Assembly (NCBI GenBank): GCA_902363255.1
Contig: CABIZO010000001.1
Span: forward strand, 449,394-473,393
Length of the DNA: 24,000 bases
Source: Peptostreptococcaceae bacterium
GTDB taxonomy: Bacteria; Bacillota; Clostridia; Peptostreptococcales; Peptostreptococcaceae
Direction: 5' to 3'
Every line of letters begins with the position of its first letter. Position 1 is the first letter of the stretch. The notes below the pieces were generated by a model that ran no database searches, had not been told where the DNA came from, and saw nothing but the letters and a program-made list of their open reading frames with translations. Below are positions 23,169 through 24,000 of this stretch, in pieces. The position numbers and the translations under genes are program-made.

Positions 23169-23942
23169 ATGAATGAAATAATATTAGAATTAAAAAATTT
23201 GAAAAAGAATTTTGGAGGAAAAGAAGTATTAAAGGGTGTTGATCTTCAAGTAAAAAGAGGAGAAATCATTGGGTACATTGGAGCTAATGGTGCAGGTAAA
23301 AGTACAACTGTAAAAATCATGTTAGGAATAGTAGATGGATATGAAGGAGATGTAATAATCTTTAATAAAAATATTAAAGATACAAAAGGCGAGTATAAAA
23401 AGAAAATAGGTTATGTACCAGAAGTATCCGAAGTATATGAAAGTTTAACTGCAATGGAATATTTGAACTTTATTGGTCAACTATATGATTTAGATATGGA
23501 TACATCAACAATAAAAGCGAAGGAACTTATGCATTTATTTGGAATAGGAGATTATTCAAATACAAGAATATCAACATTTTCAAAAGGTATGAGACAAAAA
23601 CTAATACTTATTTCTAGTATTATTCATAATCCAGAAATACTATTTTTAGATGAACCTTTAAGTGGATTAGATGCAAATTCCGTAATGATTGTTAAAGAAT
23701 TACTTGAAATATTTGCGAAAGAAGGAAAAACAATTTTCTATTCATCACATATTATGGATGTTGTTGAGAAAATAAGTCATAGAATTGTACTTCTTAATGA
23801 TGGGAAAATAGTTGCAGATGGAAGCTTTAATGAACTAAAAGAAAACTCTCATGAAGGTTCATTGGAAGAAATATTTAATGAAATGACAGGGTTTAATAAT
23901 CACAAAGAAATTGCTGATAAAGTGGCTATGGCGATTAAGTAG
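23169..23942 (+). CDS. ABC transporter ATP-binding protein (ABC-2 / exporter type)
   Basis: Walker A GANGAGKST, signature-like FSKGMRQKL, Walker B ILFLDEP, and an H-loop SSH. RBS AGGGGG upstream. Confidence 0.9.
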   Translation: MNEIILELKNLKKNFGGKEVLKGVDLQVKRGEIIGYIGANGAGKSTTVKIMLGIVDGYEGDVIIFNKNIKDTKGEYKKKIGYVPEVSEVYESLTAMEYLNFIGQLYDLDMDTSTIKAKELMHLFGIGDYSNTRISTFSKGMRQKLILISSIIHNPEILFLDEPLSGLDANSVMIVKELLEIFAKEGKTIFYSSHIMDVVEKISHRIVLLNDGKIVADGSFNELKENSHEGSLEEIFNEMTGFNNHKEIADKVAMAIK

Positions 23943-23951
23943 GTGAATAAT

Positions 23952-24000
23952 ATGAGAGAATATAAATTTTTAAATATTTTAGATAAATTCAAAGGAATAT
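23952..24000 (+). CDS. Start of the downstream gene (probably the cognate permease), truncated by the window edge
   Basis: The ATG at 23952 is preceded by AGGTGA overlapping the ATPase stop. Only 16 codons (MREYKFLNILDKFKGI) are visible, so the product call rests on context alone. Confidence 0.4.
   Translation, partial: MREYKFLNILDKFKGI

Overview
All family assignments come from motifs I recognise by eye; no database search was run. The window is very AT-rich and uses GGAGG-type ribosome-binding sites. Together with the anaerobe gene content, this suggests a Clostridium-like Firmicute chromosome (inference). I support 22 protein-coding genes, including one 54-codon ORF missing from the track and one partial gene at the 3' edge. 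I saw no rRNA, tRNA, CRISPR array, transposase or integrase.

Gene order:
- PduO-type cobalamin adenosyltransferase (-)
- Mrp/NBP35 Fe-S carrier ATPase
- small hydrophilic ORF
- exported tandem-rhodanese lipoprotein
- small membrane protein
- Bcp peroxiredoxin
- a 260-bp GTAC-rich repeat array
- ArAE/FUSC-like membrane protein
- LOR/SDH-like (TIGR00300-type) enzyme
- large orphan sensor histidine kinase with a double beta-propeller ectodomain
- two tandem copies of a split ThrE/YjjP-YjjB type exporter operon (-)
- metallophosphoesterase
- second ArAE/FUSC-like protein (-)
- Crp/Fnr regulator, then a YjjI-family glycyl radical enzyme and its YjjW-type radical SAM activase
- YkvI-like permease
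- LysR regulator (-), divergent from a CoA-disulfide-reductase/rhodanese fusion plus an AsrC/Dsr-like siroheme-ferredoxin protein
- ABC transporter ATPase and the start of its partner

Best candidates for an undescribed system:
1. The Crp/Fnr-YjjI-YjjW operon. It encodes a compact glycyl radical enzyme of unknown substrate and sits among exporters.
2. The LysR-controlled CoADR-rhodanese plus stand-alone sulfite-reductase-like pair.
3. The unexplained GTACAC repeat array at 4352-4610.
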